Positions 48,525-59,233 of a stretch of 59,876 nt of DNA are shown in pieces. The notes below the pieces were generated by a model. It worked only from the letters and a program-made list of their open reading frames with translations. It was not told where the DNA came from and searched no databases. This stretch comes from an uncultured Candidatus Saccharibacteria bacterium. Lineage in GTDB: Bacteria > Patescibacteriota > Minisyncoccia > Minisyncoccales > CAYJUL01. Position 1 is the stretch's first letter, and each line of letters starts with the position of its first letter. The translations under genes were made by a program, and so were the position numbers. The stretch lies in NCBI GenBank assembly GCA_964401295.1, contig CAYNXX010000003.1, positions 66,595 through 126,470 on the forward strand, written 5' to 3'.

Positions 48525-49238
48525 ATGGCTGGGGGCATCAGAAACCCCGATGGTTCAATCAGTCACTGGGATGATCCAGAGGCGCAAAAGCGAGCGACGG
48601 AAATCTATGAAGAGTCGCAGCGAAAGGCGCGCGATAAAACAGAACAACCATCGTATCAATCAACACGACGTTTTTCCTTTTCCTCTGAAAATGAAGCTAA
48701 CGCTTCGGCCGCCGAAATGGCATGGCAGGAACGCCTAAAGATACTTGCACAGCTCCCGGAACGGCATCATGGCGAAACTGCCAGGCAACCGCGGGATCCA
48801 GAAGTTGATGCAGCTATATGGGAACAGGATTCAATCATTTTTGATCTTTTCCAAAACGATACTGATGCGTTTGTCCTCTGGATACTACGCCACAAGCGTG
48901 AAGAGTATGACTTAGATGAAGCAAAGAGGATCTACGCCTATGCCGTAGACTTAGCCCAAAAACTACGCCTTGCAAGGCTAGCAAAACGCTCGGAAGTGGA
49001 AGAAATTGAGTTCTACGTTTATAAAAGGGGGCAACGCCCGCCCATGCCTACGGTTTCATTCCGGGATTACTGGTACGTTCCGGCGACAAAGAATGGGAAC
49101 GAAAATCCAGACGATCCCCACGGTGTCTTCTACGCTCTCGAAGGTCTACGGCACAAGGCGCGACCGCGACACAAGGCACGGGAAGACTACGACGAAAAGA
49201 TAACCGCTGAACATCCTGATGGCGAATTCGATAATTGA
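48525..49238 (+). CDS. Hypothetical protein
   Basis: AGGAGG SD, TTGACT-16-TATAAT at 48436-48463, terminator downstream. Confidence 0.75.
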   Translation: MAGGIRNPDGSISHWDDPEAQKRATEIYEESQRKARDKTEQPSYQSTRRFSFSSENEANASAAEMAWQERLKILAQLPERHHGETARQPRDPEVDAAIWEQDSIIFDLFQNDTDAFVLWILRHKREEYDLDEAKRIYAYAVDLAQKLRLARLAKRSEVEEIEFYVYKRGQRPPMPTVSFRDYWYVPATKNGNENPDDPHGVFYALEGLRHKARPRHKAREDYDEKITAEHPDGEFDN

Positions 49239-49245
49239 GGCCCAT

Positions 49246-49271
49246 GGCTTCGGGAAATCCCGAAGCCTTTT
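49246..49271 (+). terminator. Intrinsic terminator
   Basis: GGCTTCGGGA-AA-TCCCGAAGCC-TTTT. Confidence 0.75.
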
Positions 49272-49294
49272 GTGTTACAATATAAATTGAGGGT

Positions 49295-50014
49295 ATGAAA
49301 ATGAAAAAAACTGTGATTTTGGATTTGGGCGGTTCAACGTTGATGACCGATTCAGGTGACATAGATACTGATTTTTTAAAAAAATTCAGGAAATTTATTT
49401 TGCGCTTAATCCGGAATGGCTATAAATTCATTATCATCGTCGGCGGGGGCAAAACCGCGAGACGCTACCAAAAAGCCGCGCGTAAAATCACAAAAATGCC
49501 GCAAAAAGAGATTGATCTAATAGGCATACGTGCAACTAAACTCAATGCCCAGTTCGTCAAGGCTATTTTTGGAAACAAAGCAAATTCCGTTGTGCTAGAA
49601 ACGCCCTATCAACCGCTAGAATCAAATGAATCAATAGTCATTGCTTCCGGATGGCAACCCGGCTGGTCAACTGATTATGTTTCCGTTTTATTTGCCAAAA
49701 GATTCGGGGTAAATACTGTTATCAGCGCTACTGACATTTATTTTGTCTTTACCAAAGACTTCAGAAAATATGGTGGCGTGAAGCCAATAAAAAAAATTCC
49801 GTGGCGTAGCTATCAAAAACTTATCAGCAATACTTGGGAACCAGGAATGTCTGTTCCCGTTGATCCGATCGCGGCGCGCGAAGCCAAAAAATCAAATATA
49901 AAAATGTTCATGCTCAAAGGAAGAGATTTAAAAAATCTTGAATGCGCGATTAAAGGCCTGGCCTTTAAGGGGACTATCATCGCAAACGACATTGAGAATT
50001 CTAAAAATATATGA
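49295..50014 (+). CDS. pyrH: UMP kinase, archaeal-type
   Basis: LGGS, IVGGGKTARRYQ, D.IGIRATKLNA, PGWSTD, DPIAA. Confidence 0.88.
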   Translation: MKMKKTVILDLGGSTLMTDSGDIDTDFLKKFRKFILRLIRNGYKFIIIVGGGKTARRYQKAARKITKMPQKEIDLIGIRATKLNAQFVKAIFGNKANSVVLETPYQPLESNESIVIASGWQPGWSTDYVSVLFAKRFGVNTVISATDIYFVFTKDFRKYGGVKPIKKIPWRSYQKLISNTWEPGMSVPVDPIAAREAKKSNIKMFMLKGRDLKNLECAIKGLAFKGTIIANDIENSKNI

Positions 50015-50027
50015 TATATTAAGCAGT

Positions 50028-51887
50028 ATGAAAGAAAATAAATGGCAAAATTTAATAAGAAACTTTCTAGGGGTTTTGCTGATTTTGATTATAATATCAA
50101 TTCTTTTCGCGGAATTGGCAGGACCGCTTAACCAGACTAAAGAAGTTTCTTTAAGCCAAATGGTAGAATCAATTAACCGCGGAGACGTAAAGAAGCTTGA
50201 AATACAAGGAAATGAAGTCAAAATAACTTATTCCGACAGCTCGCAGGCAAAATCAACAAAAGAAATTGATACCTCTCTATCCCAATCGCTAATTAACCTC
50301 GGCGCCGATAAAGAGAAAATAATCAAAGTTGAAATAACTACTAAAGAAGATCGAGGATTGCTATTTTGGCTCAGCCCAATTTCCCTTTTCTTATTCCCGT
50401 TAATATTTTTGGGGTTATTCTTATGGCTAATTTTCCGGCAGGCAAAAAGCGGCGCGATGCAGGCATTCAATTTCGGACGCGCAGGAGCGCGACTTTTCGG
50501 CGCGGAGGACCATCGCAAAGAAAAAATAACTTTCAAAAATGTTGCAGGCCAAGAAGAGGCCAAGGAAGAATTGAAGGAAGTTATTGATTTTCTGAAAAAT
50601 CCGCAGAAATTTCTTAAAATAGGAGCGCGCATCCCGCGCGGAGTCCTTCTGATGGGACCGGCCGGAGTCGGCAAAACATTACTCGCGCGCGCGGTGGCGG
50701 GCGAAGCCAATGTGCCATTCCTTAGCATCTCCGGATCAGAATTCGTTGAAATGTTTGTTGGCGTAGGAGCGGCTAGAGTACGCGATCTTTTTGCTACGGC
50801 CAAAAAAGCGGCACCGGCTATAATATTTATTGATGAATTAGATGCTGTTGGTAGACATAGAGGTGCTGGCCTCGGAGGCGGGCATGACGAACGCGAACAG
50901 ACGCTAAACCAAATTCTGGTAGAAATGGATGGATTTGAACGCAACACTAATGTAATCGTAATGTCTGCGACCAACAGGCCCGACATTTTAGATCCAGCGC
51001 TTTTACGCCCAGGCCGTTTTGACAGAAAAGTTATTCTGGATCTGCCGGATGTAAACGGACGGGAAGAAGTGCTTAAAATACACTCCGAAAATAAACCGCT
51101 GGCTTCTGACGCAAATATACGGGAAATAGCTGAAAGAACGCCAGGATTCTCAGGCGCAGACTTAGCTAATCTCATGAATGAAGCCGCAATTTTGGCAGCG
51201 CGGCGTAATAAAGAAAAAGTGCACCAGCAAGAATTACTAGAGGCAATTGAGAAGGTTCTTTTGGGTCCGGAGCGCAGGAGCCACATTTTATCCAAAAAAG
51301 AAAAAGAGATAGCTGCGTATCACGAAGCAGGACACGCTCTCGTTGCGACCTCACTCCCCTATACAGAACCTGTCAGAAAAATTTCCATTGTCTCACGCGG
51401 GCCGGCTGCTGGATATACTTTGCAGTTACCCTCGGGGGATAAATACATGAGGTCCAGGAAAGAATTTATTTCGGAGCTTGCGATATTGCTCGGCGGTTGG
51501 TCCGCAGAGAAAGTAATCTTTCGCGACATTACAACCGGCGCGGCAAACGATCTTGAAAAAGCCTCTGAGCTTGCAAGGCGTCTGATTAAAGAATATGGCA
51601 TGTCAGAAAAGATGGGACCAGTAGTCTTTGGCGAGAGAGACGAACTTATATTTTTGGGTAAGGAGCTTGGTGAACAAAGAAATTATTCTGAAGCAACTGC
51701 AAGAGAAATAGATGCAGAAGTTACCGACCTTATCGAAAATGCCCAGAAAACAGCCGAAAAAGTTATAAGGGGGCGGAGGACAATATTAACAAAAATCGCG
51801 AGAGTATTAATTGAAAAAGAAACGATTGAAAGAGACGACTTTGAAAAACTCATCAGGCTGGCAAAACTGGCAAAAAAGCACGCATAG
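50028..51887 (+). CDS. ftsH: ATP-dependent zinc metalloprotease FtsH (canonical)
   Basis: Two TMs, [45 protein letters not shown]. Confidence 0.97.
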   Translation: MKENKWQNLIRNFLGVLLILIIISILFAELAGPLNQTKEVSLSQMVESINRGDVKKLEIQGNEVKITYSDSSQAKSTKEIDTSLSQSLINLGADKEKIIKVEITTKEDRGLLFWLSPISLFLFPLIFLGLFLWLIFRQAKSGAMQAFNFGRAGARLFGAEDHRKEKITFKNVAGQEEAKEELKEVIDFLKNPQKFLKIGARIPRGVLLMGPAGVGKTLLARAVAGEANVPFLSISGSEFVEMFVGVGAARVRDLFATAKKAAPAIIFIDELDAVGRHRGAGLGGGHDEREQTLNQILVEMDGFERNTNVIVMSATNRPDILDPALLRPGRFDRKVILDLPDVNGREEVLKIHSENKPLASDANIREIAERTPGFSGADLANLMNEAAILAARRNKEKVHQQELLEAIEKVLLGPERRSHILSKKEKEIAAYHEAGHALVATSLPYTEPVRKISIVSRGPAAGYTLQLPSGDKYMRSRKEFISELAILLGGWSAEKVIFRDITTGAANDLEKASELARRLIKEYGMSEKMGPVVFGERDELIFLGKELGEQRNYSEATAREIDAEVTDLIENAQKTAEKVIRGRRTILTKIARVLIEKETIERDDFEKLIRLAKLAKKHA

Positions 51888-51936
51888 TTTTTGCTCCTGC
51901 ATCATATGATACGCATAAGATATATTTCTCGCACAT

Positions 51937-52009
51937 GGGCGTATAGCTCAGTGGTTAGAGCACTACTCTTATAAAGTAGGGGTCGATGGTTCGAATCCAT
52001 CTACGCCCA
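51937..52009 (+). tRNA. tRNA-Ile(TAT)
   Basis: GGGCGTA/TACGCCC acceptor, CTACT-CTTATAA-AGTAG anticodon arm, GGTTCGAATCC. Confidence 0.92.
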
Positions 52010-52024
52010 CAAAAAATAATATAT

Positions 52025-52098
52025 GGGCGCATAGCTCAGCTGGTTAGAGCGCATACTTGACGTGTATGAGGTCTCTGGTTCGAATCCAGATGCGCCCA
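52025..52098 (+). tRNA. tRNA-Val(GAC)
   Basis: CATAC-TTGACGT-GTATG anticodon arm, complete cloverleaf. Confidence 0.94.
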
Positions 52099-52103
52099 CT
52101 AAT

Positions 52104-52811
52104 ATGGAAATTAAAATAATCTATGAGGATAAAAATGTGTTCGTTGTTGATAAACCCGCTGGCATAACAGTTTTCCCGGAAAATGGCCGAGAAAGAACCT
52201 TCATTGATTATCTTATTGAAACACGGCCCGAATTAAAAAATGCAGGCGAGAGACCAAGATATGGCGTGGCCCATAGATTGGATAAAGATACTTCCGGCGT
52301 GCTGCTTATCGCGAAGAACAATGATACGCTCAAATTCCTACAGCAGGAATTTGAAACTAGAAAAGTGGTAAAAAAATATATAGCCCTGGTCACGGGGCGC
52401 CTGGAAGAAAAACACGGCATAATTAAAACGCTGCTCGGTCGCTCGCCCAAAGACCCGCGAAAACAAAAAATATACTCCGTGCTTGACCCAAAAGGAGAAA
52501 AAAACTTGCGGGAAGCCGTAACGGAATACAGCTTCATTAAAAGTTTTAAAGATTACACTTTAATAGAAGCAAGGCCTCTGACCGGCAGAAAACACCAGAT
52601 AAGGGTCCACCTCGCGCACATCAACCACCCGATCGCCGGCGACAAACTATATGGCTTTAGAGGTCAAAAGGCGCCAAAGGGTCTTAAAAGACAATTCCTG
52701 CATGGGGCATACGTTAAACTAATGATGTCGCGCAGCAAAATAAAAGAATTCATATCCCCATTGCCAAAAGATTTAAAAGATGTAATATCGCACTTAGAGA
52801 CTTATGACTAA
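52104..52811 (+). CDS. RluA family pseudouridine synthase
   Basis: [39 protein letters not shown]. Confidence 0.95.
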   Translation: MEIKIIYEDKNVFVVDKPAGITVFPENGRERTFIDYLIETRPELKNAGERPRYGVAHRLDKDTSGVLLIAKNNDTLKFLQQEFETRKVVKKYIALVTGRLEEKHGIIKTLLGRSPKDPRKQKIYSVLDPKGEKNLREAVTEYSFIKSFKDYTLIEARPLTGRKHQIRVHLAHINHPIAGDKLYGFRGQKAPKGLKRQFLHGAYVKLMMSRSKIKEFISPLPKDLKDVISHLETYD

Positions 52812-53157
52812 ATTGCAAAAATTTCTAAAACTATATGCAAAACCTGACCTGCCCAAGATGCGCGTTGGCGATACGGTTAGAGTCTACCAAAAAATAAAAG
52901 AAGGCGACAAAGAAAGGATTCAAGTCTTTGAGGGTTGGGTTATAGCAAAAAAACATGGCTATACGCCTGGAGGAACCATAACTGTACGCAAAACAGTTGC
53001 CGGCATTGGTGTGGAAAAAATTTATCCCCTTCACTCCCCTATTATTGATAAAATAGAGATTGTTCAAAGCTCCAAAGTGAGACGGGCCAAACTTTATTAT
53101 CTTCGTACTGCAAAAGGCAAACAGGCAAGGCTTAAAGCCTTAAAATCCGGATCCTAA
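52804..53157 (+). CDS. rplS: 50S ribosomal protein L19
   Basis: [41 protein letters not shown]. Confidence 0.97.
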   Translation: MTKLQKFLKLYAKPDLPKMRVGDTVRVYQKIKEGDKERIQVFEGWVIAKKHGYTPGGTITVRKTVAGIGVEKIYPLHSPIIDKIEIVQSSKVRRAKLYYLRTAKGKQARLKALKSGS

Positions 53158-53243
53158 GCCCAGGTGGTGGAATTGGTATACACAACGGTTTGAGGGGCCG
53201 TGCTCGCAAGAGCGTGCGGGTTCAAATCCCGCCCTGGGCACCA
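53158..53243 (+). tRNA. tRNA-Leu(GAG)
   Basis: GCCCAGG acceptor, ACGGT-TTGAGGG-GCCGT anticodon arm, variable arm, ACCA. Confidence 0.94.
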
Positions 53244-53288
53244 AGATATATACCTCCTTATTTCACGTTAGATATATGGATTAGAAAC

Positions 53289-53360
53289 GGACGATTAGCT
53301 CAGCGGTAGAGCGCTTCGTTTACACCGAAGAGGCCGCAGGTTCAAATCCTGCATCGTCCA
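53289..53360 (+). tRNA. tRNA-Val(TAC)
   Basis: CTTCG-TTTACAC-CGAAG anticodon arm, complete cloverleaf. Confidence 0.95.
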
Positions 53361-53387
53361 CAGGATTCAATCCTGATGCACACACCA

Positions 53388-53459
53388 GCTGGGGTAGCTC
53401 AGTGGTAGAGCTCTGGTCTGAAGAACCAGGAGTCGCGAGTTCGATTCTCGCCCCCAGCA
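53388..53459 (+). tRNA. tRNA-Phe(GAA)
   Basis: CTGGT-CTGAAGA-ACCAG anticodon arm, complete cloverleaf. Confidence 0.95.
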
Positions 53460-53495
53460 CTCTTTGGTAAACAACCAATGTAAATAAAAAAATAG

Positions 53496-53567
53496 GCGGG
53501 TGTAGCACAACGGCCAGTGCGCGACCTTGCCAAGGTTGAGACGAGGGTTCGACTCCCTTCACCCGCT
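53496..53567 (+). tRNA. tRNA-Gly(GCC)
   Basis: CGACC-TTGCCAA-GGTTG anticodon arm, GCGGGTG/CACCCGC acceptor, U discriminator. Confidence 0.94.
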
Positions 53568-53658
53568 CAAAAACCGCTTTTGCGAAGCCAAAAACAGGGG
53601 TTGACAAGCCCACTTGCCATGCTAATATGCTATAAGCTCCCGAAAGGGGGTTTTTAAT

Positions 53659-54165
53659 ATGGTTAAAATACAAAAACACCCTGGCACGCTAGGACTATCA
53701 ATCTTATCGGCCGCTATTATTATAAGCTCTATCGGAGCATCGTTTTGGACAACGCTTATAGCTCAAGGAAAAGAAAACAGCTCGATATTGCCGAGCTTTA
53801 AGCTTGGTCCAATAATAATCCAGAAAAACAGCTTACTTGCCGTTCCCACGTTAACTGCCCCACCAGTATCAATAAAAACCATACCGATGGTTGTTACGGC
53901 TTATTCAAGTTCCCTCTGGGAAACTGATGACGATCCAAATATTACGGCTTCCGGAACGCTTGTCAGATCCGGCGTCGTAGCTAATAATCTTCTGCCATTC
54001 GACACCAAAGTTAGAATTCCAAAATTATACGGAGACAGAATTTTCATCGTAGAAGACCGTATGAATTCAAGAAAAGATTCATATCAGCTAGATATATGGT
54101 TTCCTTCTTACTGGGAGGCAAAAAAGTTTGGAGTAAAAACGCTTAATGTTGAAATTTTAGACTAA
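53659..54165 (+). CDS. 3D domain secreted protein (putative cell-wall lytic)
   Basis: VTAYSS..ETDDDP.ITASG, VVANN.LPF.TK, VEDRM, LDIWF. Confidence 0.88.
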   Translation: MVKIQKHPGTLGLSILSAAIIISSIGASFWTTLIAQGKENSSILPSFKLGPIIIQKNSLLAVPTLTAPPVSIKTIPMVVTAYSSSLWETDDDPNITASGTLVRSGVVANNLLPFDTKVRIPKLYGDRIFIVEDRMNSRKDSYQLDIWFPSYWEAKKFGVKTLNVEILD

Positions 54166-54179
54166 ATACGGCTAGCGCA

Positions 54180-54620
54180 CTACCTCAACTGAATAGATTG
54201 CGCATTTATGCTGCCGTCGGAATTAGCAATTCCACTTGCCGAAACCCTCCTGCCAACCTCAAAATCGCTGGTACTTCCTGTAACTGATTTGCTTACCTCG
54301 GTAGCGCCTGAATAAAATATGATCTTTGAACCGCCGTTAACAAGGTTAACAGTTATACTTTTGTCATCTTTGGAGATTATTTCCCCAGAAATTAACCCTG
54401 CTTCATTTCTCTGTCCGAACCTTTCTGTCGCACTGGCACTAATCCCTAACTGCTGCAATCTTTGCTGCCTTTCTTGCGGCGAAAGATTGCGAAGGTTCTG
54501 AAAGCCTGCTGATGACAAATCGTGTGAATGGTTGCTCTGCGCATATTTCATTCCTCCATAAAAAGATGCACCTCCGAGCGCAAACGCCAAGACGATAGCT
54601 ATTGGTATTGATTTATTCAT
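54180..54620 (-). CDS. Secreted OB-fold-like hypothetical protein of the ABC operon
   Basis: Signal with FYGGMKY, GEIISKDDKSITV, DGSINAQSIQ. Confidence 0.75.
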   Translation of the reverse strand: MNKSIPIAIVLAFALGGASFYGGMKYAQSNHSHDLSSAGFQNLRNLSPQERQQRLQQLGISASATERFGQRNEAGLISGEIISKDDKSITVNLVNGGSKIIFYSGATEVSKSVTGSTSDFEVGRRVSASGIANSDGSINAQSIQLR

Positions 54621-54698
54621 AATAATTTCTTATTTTAATTTTTGACCTTTTCTAGCCGAGGTAAACCCGCCTCGGGCGGAGGGACTTTTGAATTTTTG

Positions 54699-55925
54699 TT
54701 ACTCATACCTTAACGCCTCTATCGGGTTTAAAGATGCCGCCCTTCGTGCTGGATAGTAACCAAAGACTATCCCTATGGCCGTGGCGACGCCAAATGCCAA
54801 TGCGATTGCCGACAAAGAAACATTTGTCGCAATGCCAGCAAACTGGGTTACGGCAAGTGAAGCCACCCATCCAAGAACTATCCCCATAAAACCGCCGGCA
54901 AAAGTAAGCATTATCGCTTCGCCTAGAAACTGTAAACTAATATCTTTCTTTTTCGCGCCAATGGCTTTACGCAACCCGATTTCTCTAGTTCTTTCGGTAA
55001 CAGTTGTCAGCATCATGTTCATGATGCCGATTCCTCCCACAATCAGCGATATTCCAGCGATAGAAGCGAGAAGAATGGTCATGGTGTTTGTGACGGCCGA
55101 CGCAGTCTGCACGATATCCTGCTGGTTCAATACCTGGAAATCGGCAAGCTGCGGATTGGAAATATTGTGCCGGCGCAGTAATAAATCCATAATTTGCTGC
55201 TGAATTGCTGCCATTACCGAGGAATCCTGCGCTTCAACGCTAATAGTGGTTACATAAGTATCTCCGGCAAGAAATCGCTGCGCCGAGGAAAGAGGAACAA
55301 AAACCATCTCATCTGAATTGGCAAAACCGGATCCGCCTTTTGGTTTCGTTATGCCGATTATTCTAAAATCAACACGGTTGATGCGGATTGTCTGGCCGAT
55401 AGGATTGGAACCTACGCCGAAAAGATCATCTCTTGTCGTCGGGCCTAACACTGCGACTTTGGATAAGCTCAACGCGTTCTGTTCCGAAATAAAAGAACCT
55501 ATATCCATCTGGAGATTTCGCACTTCGGGATAAGAAGCAACCGTACCGACAACCTGCGTATTAGTATTCGTTCCTTTAGCCATGATTTGGTATCTTCGCG
55601 AGATTTCTGGCGCTATAGCCTTGGCAAGCGTAATTTCTTTTTGGATGGCTTCGGCGTCTTCCTGTGTTAGGGTCGTCGCCGAACCGCGGCCAGCGCTCAC
55701 CGGTCCGGCCACAGCTCCTCTTTGAAATCCCGGCCTAACCAGCACCAGGTTTGATCCGATAGACTGAATGCTTGCTTGAATTGAACCAGATGCTCCTTGA
55801 CCTATTGAAATCATCGCCACTACAGATCCGATACCGATAACTATTCCCAAAATGGTCAAACCGGATCTTACCTTATTAGAACTTAGAGCTGTAATCGTCT
55901 CTTGGATAATATCTTCAAATTTCAT
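54699..55925 (-). CDS. MacB/FtsX-like ABC permease
   Basis: RSGLTILGIVIGI, VGGIGIMNMM..VTERTREIGLRKAIGA, PARRAA.LNPIEALRYE. Confidence 0.94.
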   Translation of the reverse strand: MKFEDIIQETITALSSNKVRSGLTILGIVIGIGSVVAMISIGQGASGSIQASIQSIGSNLVLVRPGFQRGAVAGPVSAGRGSATTLTQEDAEAIQKEITLAKAIAPEISRRYQIMAKGTNTNTQVVGTVASYPEVRNLQMDIGSFISEQNALSLSKVAVLGPTTRDDLFGVGSNPIGQTIRINRVDFRIIGITKPKGGSGFANSDEMVFVPLSSAQRFLAGDTYVTTISVEAQDSSVMAAIQQQIMDLLLRRHNISNPQLADFQVLNQQDIVQTASAVTNTMTILLASIAGISLIVGGIGIMNMMLTTVTERTREIGLRKAIGAKKKDISLQFLGEAIMLTFAGGFMGIVLGWVASLAVTQFAGIATNVSLSAIALAFGVATAIGIVFGYYPARRAASLNPIEALRYE

Positions 55926-56644
55926 GCGGCAGCTATGTAATTATGATTAATAATACGCCTGCTTTTAACCTTCTCGTCGCTGACAACGGTACCATCGCGT
56001 ATATGAATTATGCGTTCGGCATGCTCAGCAACATACTGCTCATGAGTAATCAATACAATCGTTCTACCATGCTCGGTATGAAGCCGCTGAAACGTATCAA
56101 GCACCGCCTCCCCAGTTTTGGTATCAAGATTGCCGGTCGGTTCGTCCGCAAGAACAAGAATCGGATCATTAATGAGCGCGCGGGCGATTGCTACCCTTTG
56201 CATCATTCCTCCGGAAAGCTCGTTGGAGTGATGATTCCAAAATCCCTCTGGAAAAACAGCTTTTCGTAGTGCGTCTTTGGCTAGTTCAATACGCTTCTCT
56301 TTCGGCACTCCGGCGTAGACCAGCGGAAGCACAACATTGCGCAAAACCGTTGCGCGTGGCAAAAGATTAAAGGCCTGAAATACAAATCCGATTTTTTCCA
56401 TGCGAACATCCGCAAGCTCCTCATCCGAAAATTTAGACACGTCATAACCGTCAAGAAGATACTTACCACTAGTCGGGGTATCAAGGCATCCTAAAATATG
56501 CATCAGAGTGCTTTTTCCGGAACCCGAAGGACCCATAATTGCCGCAAACTCTCCATTATTGATTGCAAAACTTACTTCTTTAAGCGCGGCAGTTTCCATC
56601 TCACCACTTCTATAGATTTTACTGATGTTTTTGCACTCAATCAT
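55922..56644 (-). CDS. ABC ATP-binding protein (MacB/LolD-like)
   Basis: [35 protein letters not shown]. Confidence 0.95.
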   Translation of the reverse strand: MIECKNISKIYRSGEMETAALKEVSFAINNGEFAAIMGPSGSGKSTLMHILGCLDTPTSGKYLLDGYDVSKFSDEELADVRMEKIGFVFQAFNLLPRATVLRNVVLPLVYAGVPKEKRIELAKDALRKAVFPEGFWNHHSNELSGGMMQRVAIARALINDPILVLADEPTGNLDTKTGEAVLDTFQRLHTEHGRTIVLITHEQYVAEHAERIIHIRDGTVVSDEKVKSRRIINHNYIAAA

Positions 56645-56647
56645 ATA

Positions 56648-58282
56648 TTAATGAGGTATTTCGCCTCCGCCGCTCCGAAATCCTCCCCCGCCTTCTCCGC
56701 CACCGATGCCGGGAATTCTAAAGACATTATTCTGCTGCGACTGGCCCTGCGAGCTTTGTGCGCTAATGGTTTGCGTTACGACTTTGTCACCTTCATTAAG
56801 ACCGCTTACAATTTCGGTCATCGTATCGTTAGCTAAACCTATCTGGACAGTTTGTTGTTTGGGCGTCTTGCTGCCATTGGCCAAAACTTCCACATAGATG
56901 GTATCACGTTGCTGTTTTATTGCGGAATTGGACACTAGAAGTGCATCTTGCTTGCTATCTGTTATTATCGCCGCTGAAATGCTCATACCTGGTTTAACTC
57001 TTTCATCTTGAGTATCAAACGCAATTTTAACGTTATAGGTCACGACGCCCTGAGAAATTGTACCAACGGTATCTATTTCCGAAACTTGCCCAGTAATAGT
57101 TAAATCTGGAACTGCATCGAAAGTTAAAGTTGCTTTTTGTCCGATTTTTACTTTAGCGACATCCACCTCATTAAGCGATATTTCTGCGCTTCGTTGTTTG
57201 GTGATAAAAGTCGCGATTACTATGCTTCCTGATACCGGATCTCCGTCTACAACGTTTATTTTGGCAACGATGCCGTTAAATGGCGCGCGGATAAAATAGT
57301 CCGCGAGTTTTTCTTGTGCATCGGTTAAAGCATTTTCGCGTTGCTTAACCGCAAGCTCCTGAGAACTAATATCGAGGGGTGCGTTTTTGACGCTATTCTG
57401 TGAATCAATCAACGCGCTAACATAGCCGTTCATTTTAGTGATATATGTCTGGAGATTGGTTTTATATGTATTTACCGTTGCGGGCAAAATTTTTCCGGGA
57501 TTGTTTGAGGCATAATCACTCATATAGTCCAGTAAATTCTGTTCGCTTTTTACGGCCTGCGCCGCTGCTTTGGATGTTGCTAAGGTTTTATCAAGAAGAT
57601 CAAGAACTGCATTAATATCGGAATAGCGGCTGGTGCTTTTATAGATCGCCGTGGTTTGGTCATATAAAACTCTCGCGGTGTATGTATCATTCCTGGCTCC
57701 ATCGTCTAAAACTTTGGCTTTATCATTGCCGCTACCTCCCAAAAAACTAAGATAAAAATTATAATTATCCTGATAATTCACCAGTGCGTTACTGTTAAGA
57801 ATTACTTCCGCGCCGTTAACAACCGAAGGCAAATCTAGAAAGGCGTTAACAATTGAATTAAATGCGTCTTCTTTTAATTTATCCGCGTCAGCCGAAGATT
57901 GTTGGAGCCTTTGCAGGCTTAATTTTGCGCTTTCCAAACCTATCTGGGCATCTCTTACAGCTTTTTGGGCGTCGGTCGCGTCAATTTGCGCAAGGAGTGT
58001 TCCCTCCGACACCTCTTGACCGTTTTTAACTCCGGTATAAACAATATCGCCCGAGACTTTAGGTTTAATATCTATCTGATCCGAAACCGACACCTGACCG
58101 CTGCCAGAAACAGAAATTATGAGCATACCTTTCTGCGCCGGCGCAGTCACATATTGATTCTGATTTACATTTTTGCTTATGAAAAACTGATGATAGCCGT
58201 AATAGCCTACGCTGATAAGTGCGATGGCTACAACGGCGGATAAAATTTTTTTCCTTAAAATATTTTTAACGATGCTTATCAT
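56648..58282 (-). CDS. Periplasmic adaptor subunit (HlyD/MacA-like)
   Basis: VSGSGQV, VKNGQEV, long coiled coil, IRAPFNGIV, GLNEGDKVV. Confidence 0.9.
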   Translation of the reverse strand: MISIVKNILRKKILSAVVAIALISVGYYGYHQFFISKNVNQNQYVTAPAQKGMLIISVSGSGQVSVSDQIDIKPKVSGDIVYTGVKNGQEVSEGTLLAQIDATDAQKAVRDAQIGLESAKLSLQRLQQSSADADKLKEDAFNSIVNAFLDLPSVVNGAEVILNSNALVNYQDNYNFYLSFLGGSGNDKAKVLDDGARNDTYTARVLYDQTTAIYKSTSRYSDINAVLDLLDKTLATSKAAAQAVKSEQNLLDYMSDYASNNPGKILPATVNTYKTNLQTYITKMNGYVSALIDSQNSVKNAPLDISSQELAVKQRENALTDAQEKLADYFIRAPFNGIVAKINVVDGDPVSGSIVIATFITKQRSAEISLNEVDVAKVKIGQKATLTFDAVPDLTITGQVSEIDTVGTISQGVVTYNVKIAFDTQDERVKPGMSISAAIITDSKQDALLVSNSAIKQQRDTIYVEVLANGSKTPKQQTVQIGLANDTMTEIVSGLNEGDKVVTQTISAQSSQGQSQQNNVFRIPGIGGGEGGGGFRSGGGEIPH

Positions 58283-58286
58283 AAAA

Positions 58287-58748
58287 TTAATTAAATACTC
58301 TAATAAATTTTGCCTCTATTTGACCTTGTTCATTCGGCACGCCGATAATTACAACTCGTTCGTCGGTCTTAAGGTCGGAGGATCTTATGCTTTCGCGGCG
58401 ATCAATAATTGTAGTCTTATCAGAAACCAAAACCGTTTTCTCTACATTGTCGCTTCCTTTAACTATAAGTGTTTGCCCAGGCAAATCAATCTTAATTATT
58501 AAGCCGAAAATGCCATTGGAATTGATAAAATCGGTGCCTTCTAAATCGCGGTCGAAATCTCTGAAAAATCCCGTGCGAGGGCCGGCGAAATTTCTGTAAT
58601 AATTCTTCCCCCAACGATATGAAAAACTAGCCTTTTTGTATCCGACGAATATTCCAAAGCCGAAAACAAAAAGCAATACAATCAGGCCAGCGAGACCCCA
58701 GGTTATAATATGGAATTTTTTTGATCGGAAAAATTCATCGAAATTCAT
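58287..58748 (-). CDS. Membrane-anchored hypothetical protein
   Basis: N-terminal TM, OB-like C-terminus GQIEAKFIRV; operon context. Confidence 0.75.
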   Translation of the reverse strand: MNFDEFFRSKKFHIITWGLAGLIVLLFVFGFGIFVGYKKASFSYRWGKNYYRNFAGPRTGFFRDFDRDLEGTDFINSNGIFGLIIKIDLPGQTLIVKGSDNVEKTVLVSDKTTIIDRRESIRSSDLKTDERVVIIGVPNEQGQIEAKFIRVFN

Positions 58749-58752
58749 AAAT

Positions 58753-59169
58753 TTATGGTTTTATCGCCGTAGACGATAATATCGTCTTAAAGTCGCGCGC
58801 TGCATATTTAAGCGAATTTAAAAATATAAATATAGTCGTTAAAAATAAAGCTATGCTTATAACCGGAATGGACTCAAGCAGTGCAATCGCAAAATTGTCC
58901 AAATATGCAATGATTATTTGCGAATCCGAAAACAAAAGTGAAAATATCTGCATAAATCCCAATTCGGTAAAAGATGCCTGCACCGCTTGCAAGGCTGGAA
59001 CAGCCGCGCCGGCCGAGGCGATAAGTACAAAAATGAAAAATGCAAAACGCCGCCTGGCAACCCTTAGCCGCTTTTCTTGATCGATGCGTAGCATTATTTT
59101 ACACAAAAAATCCTTCGGCGGTTCGGACGCCGCAAGCTGTGAAAATAACCATTCGTAATCTTTTATCAT
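58753..59169 (-). CDS. Putative membrane anti-sigma factor
   Basis: EPP..F...IM.RI motif then TMs; directly downstream of an ECF sigma gene. Confidence 0.6.
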   Translation of the reverse strand: MIKDYEWLFSQLAASEPPKDFLCKIMLRIDQEKRLRVARRRFAFFIFVLIASAGAAVPALQAVQASFTELGFMQIFSLLFSDSQIIIAYLDNFAIALLESIPVISIALFLTTIFIFLNSLKYAARDFKTILSSTAIKP

Positions 59170-59233
59170 GCTATATATTAATACGACGAAATGATGCATT
59201 TTGGTGCATCCCAAACACAATTCCTGACAAAGT

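Noticed and set aside
50228-51295. Long antisense ORFs (355 aa over ftsH; 31763-32605 and 32658-33215 over prkA; 29349-29939 over spoVR)
   Set aside because: Shadows of well-supported genes on the opposite strand
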